Positions 28,619 to 38,218 of a stretch of DNA of 64,000 bases are shown here, one piece after another. The notes beneath the pieces were generated by a model. That model did no database searches, was not told the DNA's origin, and saw only the letters and a list, made by a program, of their open reading frames with translations. Origin of the DNA: Syntrophales bacterium (GTDB taxonomy: Bacteria > Desulfobacterota > Syntrophia > Syntrophales > UBA6109); assembly GCA_035366835.1 (NCBI GenBank), contig DAOSIS010000005.1, positions 52 to 64,051 of the forward strand. Direction: 5' to 3'. Position 1 is the stretch's first letter; every line of letters begins with the position of its first letter. The translations under genes were made by a program, and so were the position numbers.

Positions 28619-29050
28619 ATGCGTCACGGACGATACGGGAAGAAAATTGGCAGGACATCGAGCCATCGGATCGCCATGCTGCGAAACATGGTGACCTCTT
28701 TTATCCGCCATGAAAAGGTGAGGACAACGGATGTCAAGGCCAAGGAACTGAGAATCGTGGCCGAAAAAATGATCGGCTTGGGGAAGAAAGGCGATCTCCA
28801 TGCACGGAGACAGGCCTCGGCCGTCGTGCGCGACAGGGCGATGGTGAAGAAGCTGTTCGAACAGCTTTCTCTCCGCTTCAAGGATCGCGCCGGCGGTTAC
28901 ACACGCATCGTCAAGACGGGATATCGCAACGGCGACAATGCGCCGCTTTCCGTCATCGAATTCCTGCCCGGGGAAGAGAAGAAGGGAAAGGCCAAGAAGC
29001 AGGCCGCCGAGAAGGAAACCAAGGAAGTCAAGGAAGCCGCGGAAAAGTAG
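28619..29050 (+). CDS. rplQ: 50S ribosomal protein L17
   Basis: [24 protein letters not shown]... with a Lys/Glu-rich C-terminal tail. Confidence 0.95.
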   Translation: MRHGRYGKKIGRTSSHRIAMLRNMVTSFIRHEKVRTTDVKAKELRIVAEKMIGLGKKGDLHARRQASAVVRDRAMVKKLFEQLSLRFKDRAGGYTRIVKTGYRNGDNAPLSVIEFLPGEEKKGKAKKQAAEKETKEVKEAAEK

Positions 29051-29070
29051 CGGAACGACAATCTGCCGAA

Positions 29071-29110
29071 AAGGCGGTGGGCTTCCCCGGCCCCCGCCTT
29101 TTTTGTTTTT
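29071..29110 (+). terminator. rho-independent terminator of the alpha operon
   Basis: AAGGCGG(T)GGG...CCCCCGCCTT hairpin followed by TTTTGTTTTT. Confidence 0.75.
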
Positions 29111-29228
29111 CCTTGTTTTTTTTCGGGAAAAGGATATATATCCCGCATGCAGGGAAACGCCGCACGGTGCGGTGCGCAGCAAAGCCGGGGAGGAAATCAC
29201 CGGCAACCGGCAAAGCGAGGTGAACGCC

Positions 29229-29489
29229 ATGGCGGATAAAAAGATCGGCGAGGTGGTCAAATTTTTCGCCAAACCTTCGGTTGCGGCAGTGAAGATCGTG
29301 GAAGGCGAGGTGAAGGTGGGCGATGTCCTGAAATTCACCGGCCACACAACGAATTTCGACATGCCGCTCGATTCCATGGAGGTCGACAACCAGAAGGTGG
29401 AGAAAGCGGTTGCGGGGGACTTCATCGGGATCAAGGTGCCCGACAGGGTTCGTCCCGGTGACGAGGTCTTCAAAGTCGTCGAAGAGTAG
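29229..29489 (+). CDS. small stand-alone beta-barrel protein resembling EF-Tu/IF-2 domain II (translation-factor-like)
   Basis: 86 aa: MADKKIGEVVKFFAKPSVAAVKIVEGEVKVGDVLKFTGHTTNFDMPLDSMEVDNQKVEKAVAGDFIGIKVPDRVRPGDEVFKVVEE. The G-D-x-L/I..G...S...F repeat pattern is typical of translation-protein barrels. Internal ATG of ORF 28938..29489. Confidence 0.6.
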   Translation: MADKKIGEVVKFFAKPSVAAVKIVEGEVKVGDVLKFTGHTTNFDMPLDSMEVDNQKVEKAVAGDFIGIKVPDRVRPGDEVFKVVEE

Positions 29490-29576
29490 TCTCCCCGGAC
29501 GGTGACGGTGGCATGACGGTTCTCCCCTCTCGGGAGGGAACACCCGCCACCAGCCCCGGCTTGTTGCCGGATCCGT

Positions 29577-29625
29577 AACCATGGTGAAGTGCGCGATGAA
29601 GGCGCTGCGCCATGGTTTTCTTTTG
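29577..29625 (+). terminator. hairpin plus T-tract terminator
   Basis: AACCATGG ... CCATGGTT (8-bp stem, structured loop) followed by TTCTTTTG. Confidence 0.5.
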
Positions 29626-29711
29626 TCCGGCGGCCACGGTTCTGCGGGCGCCTGCGGGACCTTCCACATGCCGAAGGACGTGCGACACGCACCGGCGGTC
29701 TTATCAGCGAT

Positions 29712-30980
29712 ATGAAGAATTCCTGGCTTGCCGAGCTGCAAAAAAAGAATCCATCCGAAATCCGCCTGGGGTTGGACCGCATGGTCCGCCTGCTCGAGCG
29801 CCTGGACAATCCGCAACGGGCGTATCCCGCCGTCGTCGTCGCGGGCACCAACGGCAAGGGGTCTGTGACCGCCATGACCGCATCGATGCTCTCGGCAGCC
29901 AGATATCGCGTGGGATGGTACATCTCCCCCCATCTGGTCGACGTGAGGGAGAGGATCCGCATTGGAGATCAGATGATCTCGAAGAAAGCGATGCAGGCGT
30001 GCATCGAGATCGTCCGGTCCTGCCAGGCGGAAGAGTTGACCTATTTCGAGTTTCTGACGGCCGTTGCCTTTGTGCATTTTTTCAGGGCATCCGTCGACCT
30101 GGCCGTTCTGGAGGTCGGGATGGGGGGCCGCCTGGATGCGACCAACGTCGTCGATCCCCATGCATCCGTGATCACCAATATTTCCCTCGAACATCGGGAA
30201 TTCCTGGGAGACAGCCTCGACCGCATTGCGGCCGAGAAGGGCGGCATCGTGAAGCGGGGCGGCACCTGCATCACGGGGGCAAGCCAGCCCGTCGTCCTGG
30301 ACGTCCTGGAAGCGATCTGTCGGGAACGGAATGCCCGCCTGCTGAGACTGGGCCGCGACTTGAAGATCCGGGTCCGCCCGGACGGACTTTTTTCGTACCG
30401 GGGTTTTACCGGCGCACGGCACGCCGGCCTCCGCTGCCCGCTCCGGGGACGTCATCAATACGCCAACGCCGCGCTTGCCCTCGGGATCGTCGAACGTCTT
30501 GGCGAATGCGGATATCCGGTTCACGATTCCCTGCTCCGCTCCGGATTGGAGAAGACCCGCTGGGAGGGACGAGTCGAGGTGCTGCAGCAGCATCCGACGG
30601 TCCTGCTGGACGGGGCGCACAATCCCGACGGCATTTCCGCGCTCTGCGGCGTCCTGCGGCGGGACTTTTCCTGCAGGAGGCTCTTCGTGGTGTTCGGGGT
30701 CCTGTCGGACAAGGACCGGCGTGCCATGATCACCAGGATCGCCTCGATTGCAGACGCCATGATCCTGACACGCCCCGGGAGCGAGCGGGCGGTGGAGCCG
30801 GCGGAGCTTCTTCCGCTGGCGAAGAGGAACTGCAGAAATGCGGTCGTGGAGCGAAATCCGGTCCGGGCCGTGAAGCTGGCCCTGGCCAAGGCGCGAAAAA
30901 ATGATTTGATTTGCATCGTCGGCTCGCTGTATCTGGTCGGCGATATCAAGAAGGCATTGCGCGCGGAGCGTCTTCCTTAG
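29712..30980 (+). CDS. folC: bifunctional folylpolyglutamate synthase / dihydrofolate synthase
   Basis: MKNSWLAELQKKN...VVVAGTNGKGSV (Mur-ligase P-loop)...DGAHNPDG... Internal ATG of ORF 29589..30980. Confidence 0.85.
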   Translation: MKNSWLAELQKKNPSEIRLGLDRMVRLLERLDNPQRAYPAVVVAGTNGKGSVTAMTASMLSAARYRVGWYISPHLVDVRERIRIGDQMISKKAMQACIEIVRSCQAEELTYFEFLTAVAFVHFFRASVDLAVLEVGMGGRLDATNVVDPHASVITNISLEHREFLGDSLDRIAAEKGGIVKRGGTCITGASQPVVLDVLEAICRERNARLLRLGRDLKIRVRPDGLFSYRGFTGARHAGLRCPLRGRHQYANAALALGIVERLGECGYPVHDSLLRSGLEKTRWEGRVEVLQQHPTVLLDGAHNPDGISALCGVLRRDFSCRRLFVVFGVLSDKDRRAMITRIASIADAMILTRPGSERAVEPAELLPLAKRNCRNAVVERNPVRAVKLALAKARKNDLICIVGSLYLVGDIKKALRAERLP

Positions 30981-31013
30981 GACTTCGCACGCCAGGGCGC
31001 GCGAGATCGGCGG

Positions 31014-33320
31014 ATGGAGAGGAGTCGGATGCGGAAGGCACGGGAACCGGTGACGATCGCTGCTTTGTCCCTGCCGGGCATGATGATCCTCCGGGCGATC
31101 CTGCCTTGGCTGTGCTTCCTGTCCGTCCTGTCACCGGCCTTTGCTCCGGCCATGGAGCCCCTTCGGGGAGACAAGCCGGTGATGATCGAGGCCGACAGCA
31201 TTGCCTACGATGAAGAGCGGGATGTCGTCACCGCAAGCGGCGGCGTGGTGATCCGATACGAAGGAAATACCCTCGCGGCCGACACGGTCGCCCTCGACAG
31301 GAAAACGAACATCGCCACCGCCGAAGGGAATGTCGTGCTGCGGAGCGAAAAGGACGTGATCGAGGGAGAAAGGGCCGTCTTCAACACGCAGGATCGCCGG
31401 GGCGTGGTCTATCAGGGCAAGATGTTCCTGGCCGAGAACCATTTCTATCTCGAGGGGAGCACCATCGAAAAGGTGGGAGCGGAGAGCTATCGGGCGACGG
31501 ATGCGGCCGTTACAACCTGCGACGGGGACGCGCCCGACTGGCGCATCCGATCCAGCGAGATGGATGTCACGGTCGACGGATACGGCACGCTCAAGCATGG
31601 CAGATTCTATGCCGGCGGCGTTCCCGTCCTGTACGTGCCCTACTTCCTCTTCCCCGCAAAGACGACCCGTCAGTCCGGATTTCTCCTTCCGAGGTTCGCC
31701 TATTCGATGAAAAACAGCGGGCTGGATCTGGAAGTTCCCTTTTACTGGGCCATATCGGAAGACACGGACGCGACGTTTTTCCAGCGCTACATGGAAAAGC
31801 GGGGCTTCAAGGAAGGCATGGAATTCCGCTACGCCGCCAGCGAAAAGTCGTTCGGCACCTTCTATGCAGACTACCTGAAAGACCGCAAACAGTTCGACGA
31901 TCCGGACGACGATATCCGGCCGGACTGGCAGGGCGGTGAGAACCGATGGTCCCTGTATTGGAACCATCAGACGACCTTCCCCGACAACAGCTACCTTCGG
32001 GCCGATATCCGAAAAGTTTCCGACCGCTGGTATTTCCGGGACTTTACCGGATGGAACTACTACCTCGACCATTATGCGACGGACGATCGCAGGAAATTCG
32101 ACCGGGTGTCCTTTCTGGGAGACGAAACCCTCGCGTCGCTGGATTCCACGGTGCGCTTCGTCCGGAACTGGGACTTCTACAACCTGACGGTCCTGGGCCA
32201 GTTCACGGATAATTTCGCGACCCTCAACAACGATGCAACGCTGCAGCGCTATCCCGAGATTACCCTGACAGGGACCAAACGACCGATCTTCGGGGGGCCT
32301 GCTTACCTCGAATTCACGACCGCGTACGACTACTTTTACCGGACCGAGGGTCAGAAAGGCCATTTCTATGACCTGCAGCCCATCGTGTCCCTGCCGCTCA
32401 CATTCGGTGATTACGCACAGTTCACGCCGCAGTTCCTGCTCAAGGGCTCCGGATGGAGCCGGGACGACCAGGCATCGGTCGCGGGTTTGAGCCGGCAGGG
32501 GGACCGGGCGCTGTACAGCCTGGGGGCCACGCTATCGTCGGAGGTCCACCGCATCTTTTCCGTCGGCGGGAAGACGGTGGACAAGATCCGGCACGGGATC
32601 CGTCCGGAGATATCCTACATCTACACGCCCTATGAGTTTCAGGGCGATGCCCCCGACTTCGTCACCCAGGTTTTCGAACAGCACACCGTGACCTACGGGG
32701 TCATCAATACCCTGATGGCCAAGCTCAAGGAGCCGAACGGAAAGACATCCTACCGCGAATTCCTGCGTTTCAAGCTCTCCCAGAGTTTCGATATCCGGGA
32801 ATCGCGCCGCAACGTTCAGAATCAGGAGCAGGAGAAGCGGCCCTTCAGCGATGTGGACCTCGAGCTGGACCTGCTTCCGCATCCGCAGGTGAGCTTTTCC
32901 GCGAGAAACAAGTACTCCGTGAATTCGGGGGACTGGAAGCAGACGAACTATGACCTGGGGCTCAGCGACAAGCGCGGGGACAGTGTTACGCTCGGCTACC
33001 GTTACGCCAAGAGCGGCGATACCACGATTCCCGGATACCTGTACGCCGTGAGCGGAAACACCATGGTCCTCAACTACCGGGCCCCGCTGACGCCGCTGCA
33101 GGAAGTCAATCTCGCGCTCAAGGCCGTCATCACGGAACGGCTGGAGGCGAACTACATCATTCGGGAGAACCGTCTCGACAACCAGGTCGTCGAAGAGAGT
33201 TATGGGGTGAGGTACAAGAAGCAGTGCTGGAGCGCGGACATCGCCTATGTGAACACGCCCAACGACCGACGCTTTACGATCATGTTTGTCCTTTACGGTC
33301 TGGGAAAGGCGGGCTTCTGA
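31014..33320 (+). CDS. lptD: LPS-assembly outer-membrane protein LptD (OstA family)
   Basis: 768 aa: signal peptide, OstA-N repeat (ADSIAYDEERDVVTASGGVVIRYEGNTLAADTVALDRKTNIATAEGNVVL), aromatic-rich beta-barrel ending ...YGLGKAGF. Start may be 31029. Confidence 0.85.
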   Translation: MERSRMRKAREPVTIAALSLPGMMILRAILPWLCFLSVLSPAFAPAMEPLRGDKPVMIEADSIAYDEERDVVTASGGVVIRYEGNTLAADTVALDRKTNIATAEGNVVLRSEKDVIEGERAVFNTQDRRGVVYQGKMFLAENHFYLEGSTIEKVGAESYRATDAAVTTCDGDAPDWRIRSSEMDVTVDGYGTLKHGRFYAGGVPVLYVPYFLFPAKTTRQSGFLLPRFAYSMKNSGLDLEVPFYWAISEDTDATFFQRYMEKRGFKEGMEFRYAASEKSFGTFYADYLKDRKQFDDPDDDIRPDWQGGENRWSLYWNHQTTFPDNSYLRADIRKVSDRWYFRDFTGWNYYLDHYATDDRRKFDRVSFLGDETLASLDSTVRFVRNWDFYNLTVLGQFTDNFATLNNDATLQRYPEITLTGTKRPIFGGPAYLEFTTAYDYFYRTEGQKGHFYDLQPIVSLPLTFGDYAQFTPQFLLKGSGWSRDDQASVAGLSRQGDRALYSLGATLSSEVHRIFSVGGKTVDKIRHGIRPEISYIYTPYEFQGDAPDFVTQVFEQHTVTYGVINTLMAKLKEPNGKTSYREFLRFKLSQSFDIRESRRNVQNQEQEKRPFSDVDLELDLLPHPQVSFSARNKYSVNSGDWKQTNYDLGLSDKRGDSVTLGYRYAKSGDTTIPGYLYAVSGNTMVLNYRAPLTPLQEVNLALKAVITERLEANYIIRENRLDNQVVEESYGVRYKKQCWSADIAYVNTPNDRRFTIMFVLYGLGKAGF

Positions 33321-33348
33321 GGAAGACATCCGTCCGCCAGGATTTTCC

Positions 33349-33377
33349 TTGACAAAGGAAAGAATATTGCGTAACTA
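33349..33377 (+). promoter_or_regulatory. candidate sigma-70 promoter of rplM-rpsI
   Basis: TTGACA, 17 nt, then TAACTA (weak -10), 34 nt upstream of rplM. Confidence 0.3.
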
Positions 33378-33410
33378 TCGCTTCTTAAATTTTTCCCAAT
33401 TGGTGAACCT

Positions 33411-33839
33411 ATGAAAACCTTTCAGGCAACGGCAGAGGGGACCCGCAGAGACTGGTTCGTCGTCGACGCACAGGGACGGGTCCTGGGAAGGCTGGCGAGC
33501 GAAATCGCCAGCAGGCTGCGCGGAAAGCACAAACCGATCTATACGCCGCACCAGGATACGGGCGATTTTATCATTGTTGTGAATGCGGAGAAGATTCTGC
33601 TGACGGGGAACAAACTGGCCGACAAGGCCTATTACCGCCATTCCGGTTACCCAGGGGGACTTCGACAGACGGTCGCCGGAAAGATCCTCCAGGAAAATCC
33701 GACATTCCTCATCACCGAGGCCGTCAAGGGGATGCTTCCGAAGAACTCTCTCGGGCGGAGAATGCTGAAGAAACTCAAGGTATATGCGGGCGGTGTTCAC
33801 CCCCACGATGCCCAGTGCCCCCAGCCGCTGTCCATTTGA
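33411..33839 (+). CDS. rplM: 50S ribosomal protein L13
   Basis: [47 protein letters not shown]... Confidence 0.96.
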   Translation: MKTFQATAEGTRRDWFVVDAQGRVLGRLASEIASRLRGKHKPIYTPHQDTGDFIIVVNAEKILLTGNKLADKAYYRHSGYPGGLRQTVAGKILQENPTFLITEAVKGMLPKNSLGRRMLKKLKVYAGGVHPHDAQCPQPLSI

Positions 33840-33889
33840 CGGGCGCGGAACGGGGTGAACCCGGATTCACGGGTGTTTTGGAGAAACCT

Positions 33890-34282
33890 ATGACCGAGAA
33901 ACGGATTTACGCAACAGGGAAGAGGAAGAATGCCGTCGCCAGGGTCTACATGAAAGAAGGCACCGGCCTCCTGGTCGTCAACAAGAGGAATTTCGACGAT
34001 TACTTCACCCGGGACAGCCTCAAGATGATGATCCGGCAGCCGCTGGGCCTGACAGGCCAGGAAGGGAAACTCGATTTCTACGTCAACGTCCAGGGCGGCG
34101 GGATGTCCGGGCAGGCAGGAGCCGTCAAGCACGGGATCTCGAAGGCGCTGGTGGATTATGACGCGCAGCTCCGCTCGATCCTGAAGAAGGCCGGTTTCCT
34201 GACGCGGGATTCCCGCATCAAGGAGCGGAAGAAGTACGGCCAGCCGGGAGCCAGAAAGCGTTTCCAGTTCTCAAAGAGGTAA
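33890..34282 (+). CDS. rpsI: 30S ribosomal protein S9
   Basis: [26 protein letters not shown]...ends ...[10 protein letters not shown]. Internal ATG of ORF 33815..34282. Confidence 0.95.
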   Translation: MTEKRIYATGKRKNAVARVYMKEGTGLLVVNKRNFDDYFTRDSLKMMIRQPLGLTGQEGKLDFYVNVQGGGMSGQAGAVKHGISKALVDYDAQLRSILKKAGFLTRDSRIKERKKYGQPGARKRFQFSKR

Positions 34283-34295
34283 TCTGCTTACAGGG

Positions 34296-34320
34296 AAGGG
34301 GGCTCCGGCCCCCTTTTTTA
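34296..34320 (+). terminator. rho-independent terminator
   Basis: AAGGGGGC-TCCG-GCCCCCTT followed by TTTT. Confidence 0.8.
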
Positions 34321-34354
34321 TTTCGCCGGGATCTCGCGGAGAAGAGGTGGAACC

Positions 34355-35392
34355 ATGGTGAGGGTAGGTATTTTCGGTGCCAGCGGCTATACCGGTCAGG
34401 AACTCCTGAGAATTCTTCTGCGACACGGAAAGGTCCGCGTTGAAGCCGTCACGTCGCGCCGCTTCGCCGGCCAGCCCGTCCGGGACGTCTATCCGTCCTT
34501 TACGGGGTTGACCGAACTGTCTTTCACGGACCTCGAGCCCCGGCAGCTCGCCGAAAGCGTCGACATCGTGTTCCTCGCCGTTCCGCACGGAGTCGCCATG
34601 GATTTTGCCGCGTCCTTTCTGGAGACCGGACGGAGGCTGATCGACCTCAGCGCCGACTTCCGCCTTCGGGACGCCGCGTGCTACGGGCAGTGGTACGGGA
34701 AGCACCGCGCGGAGCACGTGCTCAGGGAGGCGGTGTACGGGCTGCCCGAACTGTATCGCGAGAAGATCCGGGGGGCCAGGTTCGTGGCGAATCCCGGCTG
34801 CTATCCGACGAGCGTCATTCTGGGGATGGCGCCGCTCTTGAAGGGGAACTTCGTCGATCCGGGTTCGATCATCGCCGATTCGAAGTCCGGCGTCAGCGGG
34901 GCAGGCCGGGAGCCGCAGGTCGGGTCTCTGTTCTGCGAAGTCGACGGCGGCTTCAAGGCCTACAAGATCGCGGGCCATCGGCATACGCCGGAAATCGAGC
35001 AGGAACTCAGCGTGCTGGCGGGTCGGGACATCCGCATTACCTTCACGCCGCATCTCCTGCCCCTGAATCGGGGCATCCTGAGCACGATCTACGCGTCGCT
35101 CGCGAAGGACGCCGACGCGGGAGCGGTTCTGTCGGCCTATCGGACTTTCTACCGGGAGGAACCGTTCGTGAGGGTCTATCCCGCCGGGAGCTTCCCCAAC
35201 GTCTCTTCCGTCCGGGGTTCCAACTATTGCGATATCGGCGTCGCCGTGGACAAGCGCACGGGGAGGAGCATTGTCGTTGCGGCGATCGACAACCTGTTCA
35301 AGGGTGCATCCGGACAGGCGGTCCAGAATATGAACTTGATGTGCGGATTTCCGGAAGCGACCGGCCTTGACATCTGCCCGCTGTTCCCGTAA
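34355..35392 (+). CDS. argC: N-acetyl-gamma-glutamyl-phosphate reductase
   Basis: 345 aa; MVRVGIFGASGYTGQELLRIL...VANPGCYPTS (active-site Cys)... Confidence 0.92.
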   Translation: MVRVGIFGASGYTGQELLRILLRHGKVRVEAVTSRRFAGQPVRDVYPSFTGLTELSFTDLEPRQLAESVDIVFLAVPHGVAMDFAASFLETGRRLIDLSADFRLRDAACYGQWYGKHRAEHVLREAVYGLPELYREKIRGARFVANPGCYPTSVILGMAPLLKGNFVDPGSIIADSKSGVSGAGREPQVGSLFCEVDGGFKAYKIAGHRHTPEIEQELSVLAGRDIRITFTPHLLPLNRGILSTIYASLAKDADAGAVLSAYRTFYREEPFVRVYPAGSFPNVSSVRGSNYCDIGVAVDKRTGRSIVVAAIDNLFKGASGQAVQNMNLMCGFPEATGLDICPLFP

Positions 35393-35541
35393 ACACAATC
35401 GACCTTGAACGGATCGACGCGTGGAACGGAGCGGGCGTGTTCCCGCCGATGCATGACAAGCCGCTGTCCCCGGACTTCCGGGGGGAGTCCGGCTGGCGGC
35501 AGTCAGGTTCCCGAAAAGCGATGGGACGGGAAACCAGGAAA

Positions 35542-37005
35542 ATGGCTCTGAAGATCTACAATACCCCAACCAAGCGCAAAGAGGAATTTGTTCCCCTCGC
35601 GGAGGGGAAGGTGGGGCTGTACGTCTGCGGGATTACGGCCTACGACGTCTGCCACGTCGGTCACGCCCGGTCGGCCGTCGTCTTCGACGTGGTCGTGCGA
35701 TATCTTCGCGAGTGCGGCTACGCAGTCACGTACGTGAAGAATTTCACGGACGTCGACGACAAGATCATCGAAAAGGCGAATCGCCTCGGCCTCGGCATCG
35801 CCGCCGTTGCGGAACGCTACATTGCCGAGCATGACGAAGACATGCGGGCCCTGGGCGTCGCCCCCCCGACGATCGCACCGAGGGCGACCGAAAACATCGA
35901 CGGCATGATCCGCCTGATCCGGAGACTCGTCGATGCCGGTCTTGCGTACGCTGTGGACGGGAACGTCTATTATGCCGTCGACCGGTTTCCCCCGTACGGA
36001 AAGCTCTCCGGAAGAAGCACGGAGGAGCTGCTCGCCGGCGCGAGGGTCGAAGTGAACGAGCGGAAAGGGAACCCCCTGGATTTCGTCCTCTGGAAGGCGA
36101 GCAAACCCGGCGAACCGTTCTGGGAGAGCCCGTGGGGGACGGGAAGGCCGGGCTGGCACATCGAGTGTTCGGTCATGAGCCAGAGGTATCTGGGCGAGCA
36201 GTTCGATATCCACGGCGGCGGCGCGGACCTCATCTTCCCCCATCACGAAAACGAGATCGCGCAGTCCGAAGGTGCGACAGGGAAGCCGTTGGCCTCTTAC
36301 TGGATGCACAATGGATTCGTGCGCGTCAACAGCGAAAAGATGTCGAAGTCGCTCGGCAACGTCTTTACGATCAGGGAGATCCTGAAACACTGTCACCCGG
36401 AAGTGCTGAGGCTCTTCATCCTGCAGGGCCATTACCGCAGTCCTCTCGACTTCTCCGGCGAGGCGATCGAGGAAGCGAGGATGGGGCTCAACAGGCTCTA
36501 CGGAACGCTCAAGGCGGCAAAAGATCTGGCTGCGGCCGCGCAGCCCGGACCCCCCTCCACCCCGAGCGGGGAGATGTCCGGACGCATCGCGGAATTGGAG
36601 CGGAACTTTCACGCCGCCATGGACGACGATTTCAATACGGCCCGGGCGATCGGGCATCTCTTCGAGACCTCCCGCTATCTCAACGGGTGCTTCGCCGGCA
36701 AGGGAGCTCCGGCGGGGGGCACGGCGGCGCCGCTGATGGCGGAGGTCCGGCGCGTCTTTGCAAAGGTCGGCGCCGTGCTGGGGATGCTTCAGGAAGATCC
36801 GGACGCCTATTTTCTGAAGGACAGGGAACGGAGAATCGCGCAGCTGGGTCTGGACGCCGGCGAAATCGACCGTCTCGTGGAGGAAAGAAGAAAGGCCCGT
36901 GCGGAAAAGGACTGGCGGCGCGCAGACGAAATCCGGGGACTCCTGGCGGCCCGGAAAGTGGTCATCCAGGACTCCCCGTCGGGCACGACCTGGAGGGTTG
37001 AGTGA
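35542..37005 (+). CDS. cysS: cysteine--tRNA ligase
   Basis: MALKIYNTPTKRKEEF..., HVGHARS (HIGH), class I KMSKS motif, zinc-binding WHIECS. Internal ATG of ORF 35437..37005. Confidence 0.95.
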   Translation: MALKIYNTPTKRKEEFVPLAEGKVGLYVCGITAYDVCHVGHARSAVVFDVVVRYLRECGYAVTYVKNFTDVDDKIIEKANRLGLGIAAVAERYIAEHDEDMRALGVAPPTIAPRATENIDGMIRLIRRLVDAGLAYAVDGNVYYAVDRFPPYGKLSGRSTEELLAGARVEVNERKGNPLDFVLWKASKPGEPFWESPWGTGRPGWHIECSVMSQRYLGEQFDIHGGGADLIFPHHENEIAQSEGATGKPLASYWMHNGFVRVNSEKMSKSLGNVFTIREILKHCHPEVLRLFILQGHYRSPLDFSGEAIEEARMGLNRLYGTLKAAKDLAAAAQPGPPSTPSGEMSGRIAELERNFHAAMDDDFNTARAIGHLFETSRYLNGCFAGKGAPAGGTAAPLMAEVRRVFAKVGAVLGMLQEDPDAYFLKDRERRIAQLGLDAGEIDRLVEERRKARAEKDWRRADEIRGLLAARKVVIQDSPSGTTWRVE

Positions 37006-37007
37006 CC

Positions 37008-37793
37008 ATGGACGCCTGTACGCAACTGGTCCCCTCCGGAAAGGCCTTCGTCCGCTTCTCTTCCCGCCGCGGGTCCGCCCGCACTCCACAGAAGAGTCCA
37101 CGCCGGCAGAGGAAGTGCCTGTCCTGCGGCACGACGGAGGGAATGGCCCGGCGCCGGTATTGCTCGATCGAATGCCGTCAGAAGCTCCGCCACCAACTGG
37201 AGATGCGAACGGGCCTGATCCAGGCCCTGAATGCACGTTTCGCCGCCTTTCACTTTTCCGATGAACTCGTGATGCTGGACGTCATGATCTCCGGATCGAA
37301 GGAGATCTTCAGTTTCTTCTACCCGCGTACGGCGAAGGGCAAGCCGCGGGAGGATTTCGGCAGGATGGCGGATTCCCTCGGCAGGATCTGGTGGGCGGAA
37401 AAGGGGAGGACCAACAAGTATTACCTGGCCTCGCGGCGCGTTCTCGATCACGCGTTCAGGAGTCATGAGGATGGCTGCTCCGTAAAACCCGTCGAACTCA
37501 GGATCCCGAACGTGAAGGGCGCGGCGCTGTCTTATCTGAAACTCGGTGCGGCGCAGATGTCTTCCCCGGAGCTTCCCGGCCTGATCAAGAACGCGTACCG
37601 GACGCAGGCCAAGATCCATCATCCCGACCTGGGCGGAAATCCCTCGGTCTTCCGGAAAATACATGCGGCCTATCAGGAGCTGATCTCCTGGGCGGAACAC
37701 CCGACGTACATCCGGAAACGCGGTTTCCCGGACAAGTGGTTTTACGACTCCGACCGGAACCGCTGGTATCAGCCGACGCCCTTGCCCCGCTGA
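37008..37793 (+). CDS. J-domain protein with N-terminal CxxC...CxxxC zinc-ribbon-like motif; middle domain unknown
   Basis: 261 aa. C-terminal J domain: ...LIKNAYRTQAKIHHPDLGGNPSVFRKIHAAYQELI (HPD motif). N-terminus: KCLSCGTTEGMARRRYCSIECRQK. The start overlaps or abuts the cysS stop (GTG 37002 / ATG 37008). Confidence 0.7.
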   Translation: MDACTQLVPSGKAFVRFSSRRGSARTPQKSPRRQRKCLSCGTTEGMARRRYCSIECRQKLRHQLEMRTGLIQALNARFAAFHFSDELVMLDVMISGSKEIFSFFYPRTAKGKPREDFGRMADSLGRIWWAEKGRTNKYYLASRRVLDHAFRSHEDGCSVKPVELRIPNVKGAALSYLKLGAAQMSSPELPGLIKNAYRTQAKIHHPDLGGNPSVFRKIHAAYQELISWAEHPTYIRKRGFPDKWFYDSDRNRWYQPTPLPR

Positions 37794-38218
37794 CGACAAA
37801 GAGCGACTCCGTCGAGTCGCCGGACCGTCCGGCAAGGTTCCGTCCCCTTTTCCCCGCCCGCTTTGTCTGCAACGTCCTTCCGCCTCGCATCATGAGGCGG
37901 CATCCGACGCCCCTTGCGGCTTGAGGGGACGGGTTCGGTCCGGGTTTCCTCCCGCAGGAAGCGCCGCGCCGATCCCATGTTGTATCGATATGCGATCCTG
38001 CTCCATCTCTTTCCGATATCGACGTTGACATTTCTCCTTTTTGAAGATAGAAGATCGCCGGAGCATTCCTCACAACCCTTTGTCAACAGGGGCTTTCGCC
38101 CTGGAGAGAAACAGCGGCAAGACAATCGGCGGCACCCCGTCACCCGAAGCCGGTGAGGCGGCGACCCCGGTTTCCGGCTGCAGCCGGATGTTCAAGACTA
38201 CTCGGAAGGGGGGCAGGT

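Noticed and set aside
28463-30620. Two long minus-strand ORFs (28463..29962 and 29028..30620) across rplQ, the small barrel ORF and folC
   Set aside because: They overlap conserved plus-strand genes and two plus-strand terminators. The translations are low-complexity (Arg/Pro/Ser/Gly-rich).
37990-38218. Search for a second sigma-54 promoter upstream of the CoA-transferase gene
   Set aside because: No TGGCAC-N5-TTGC-like element with correct GG/GC spacing was found by eye. Only the site at 41931 qualifies.
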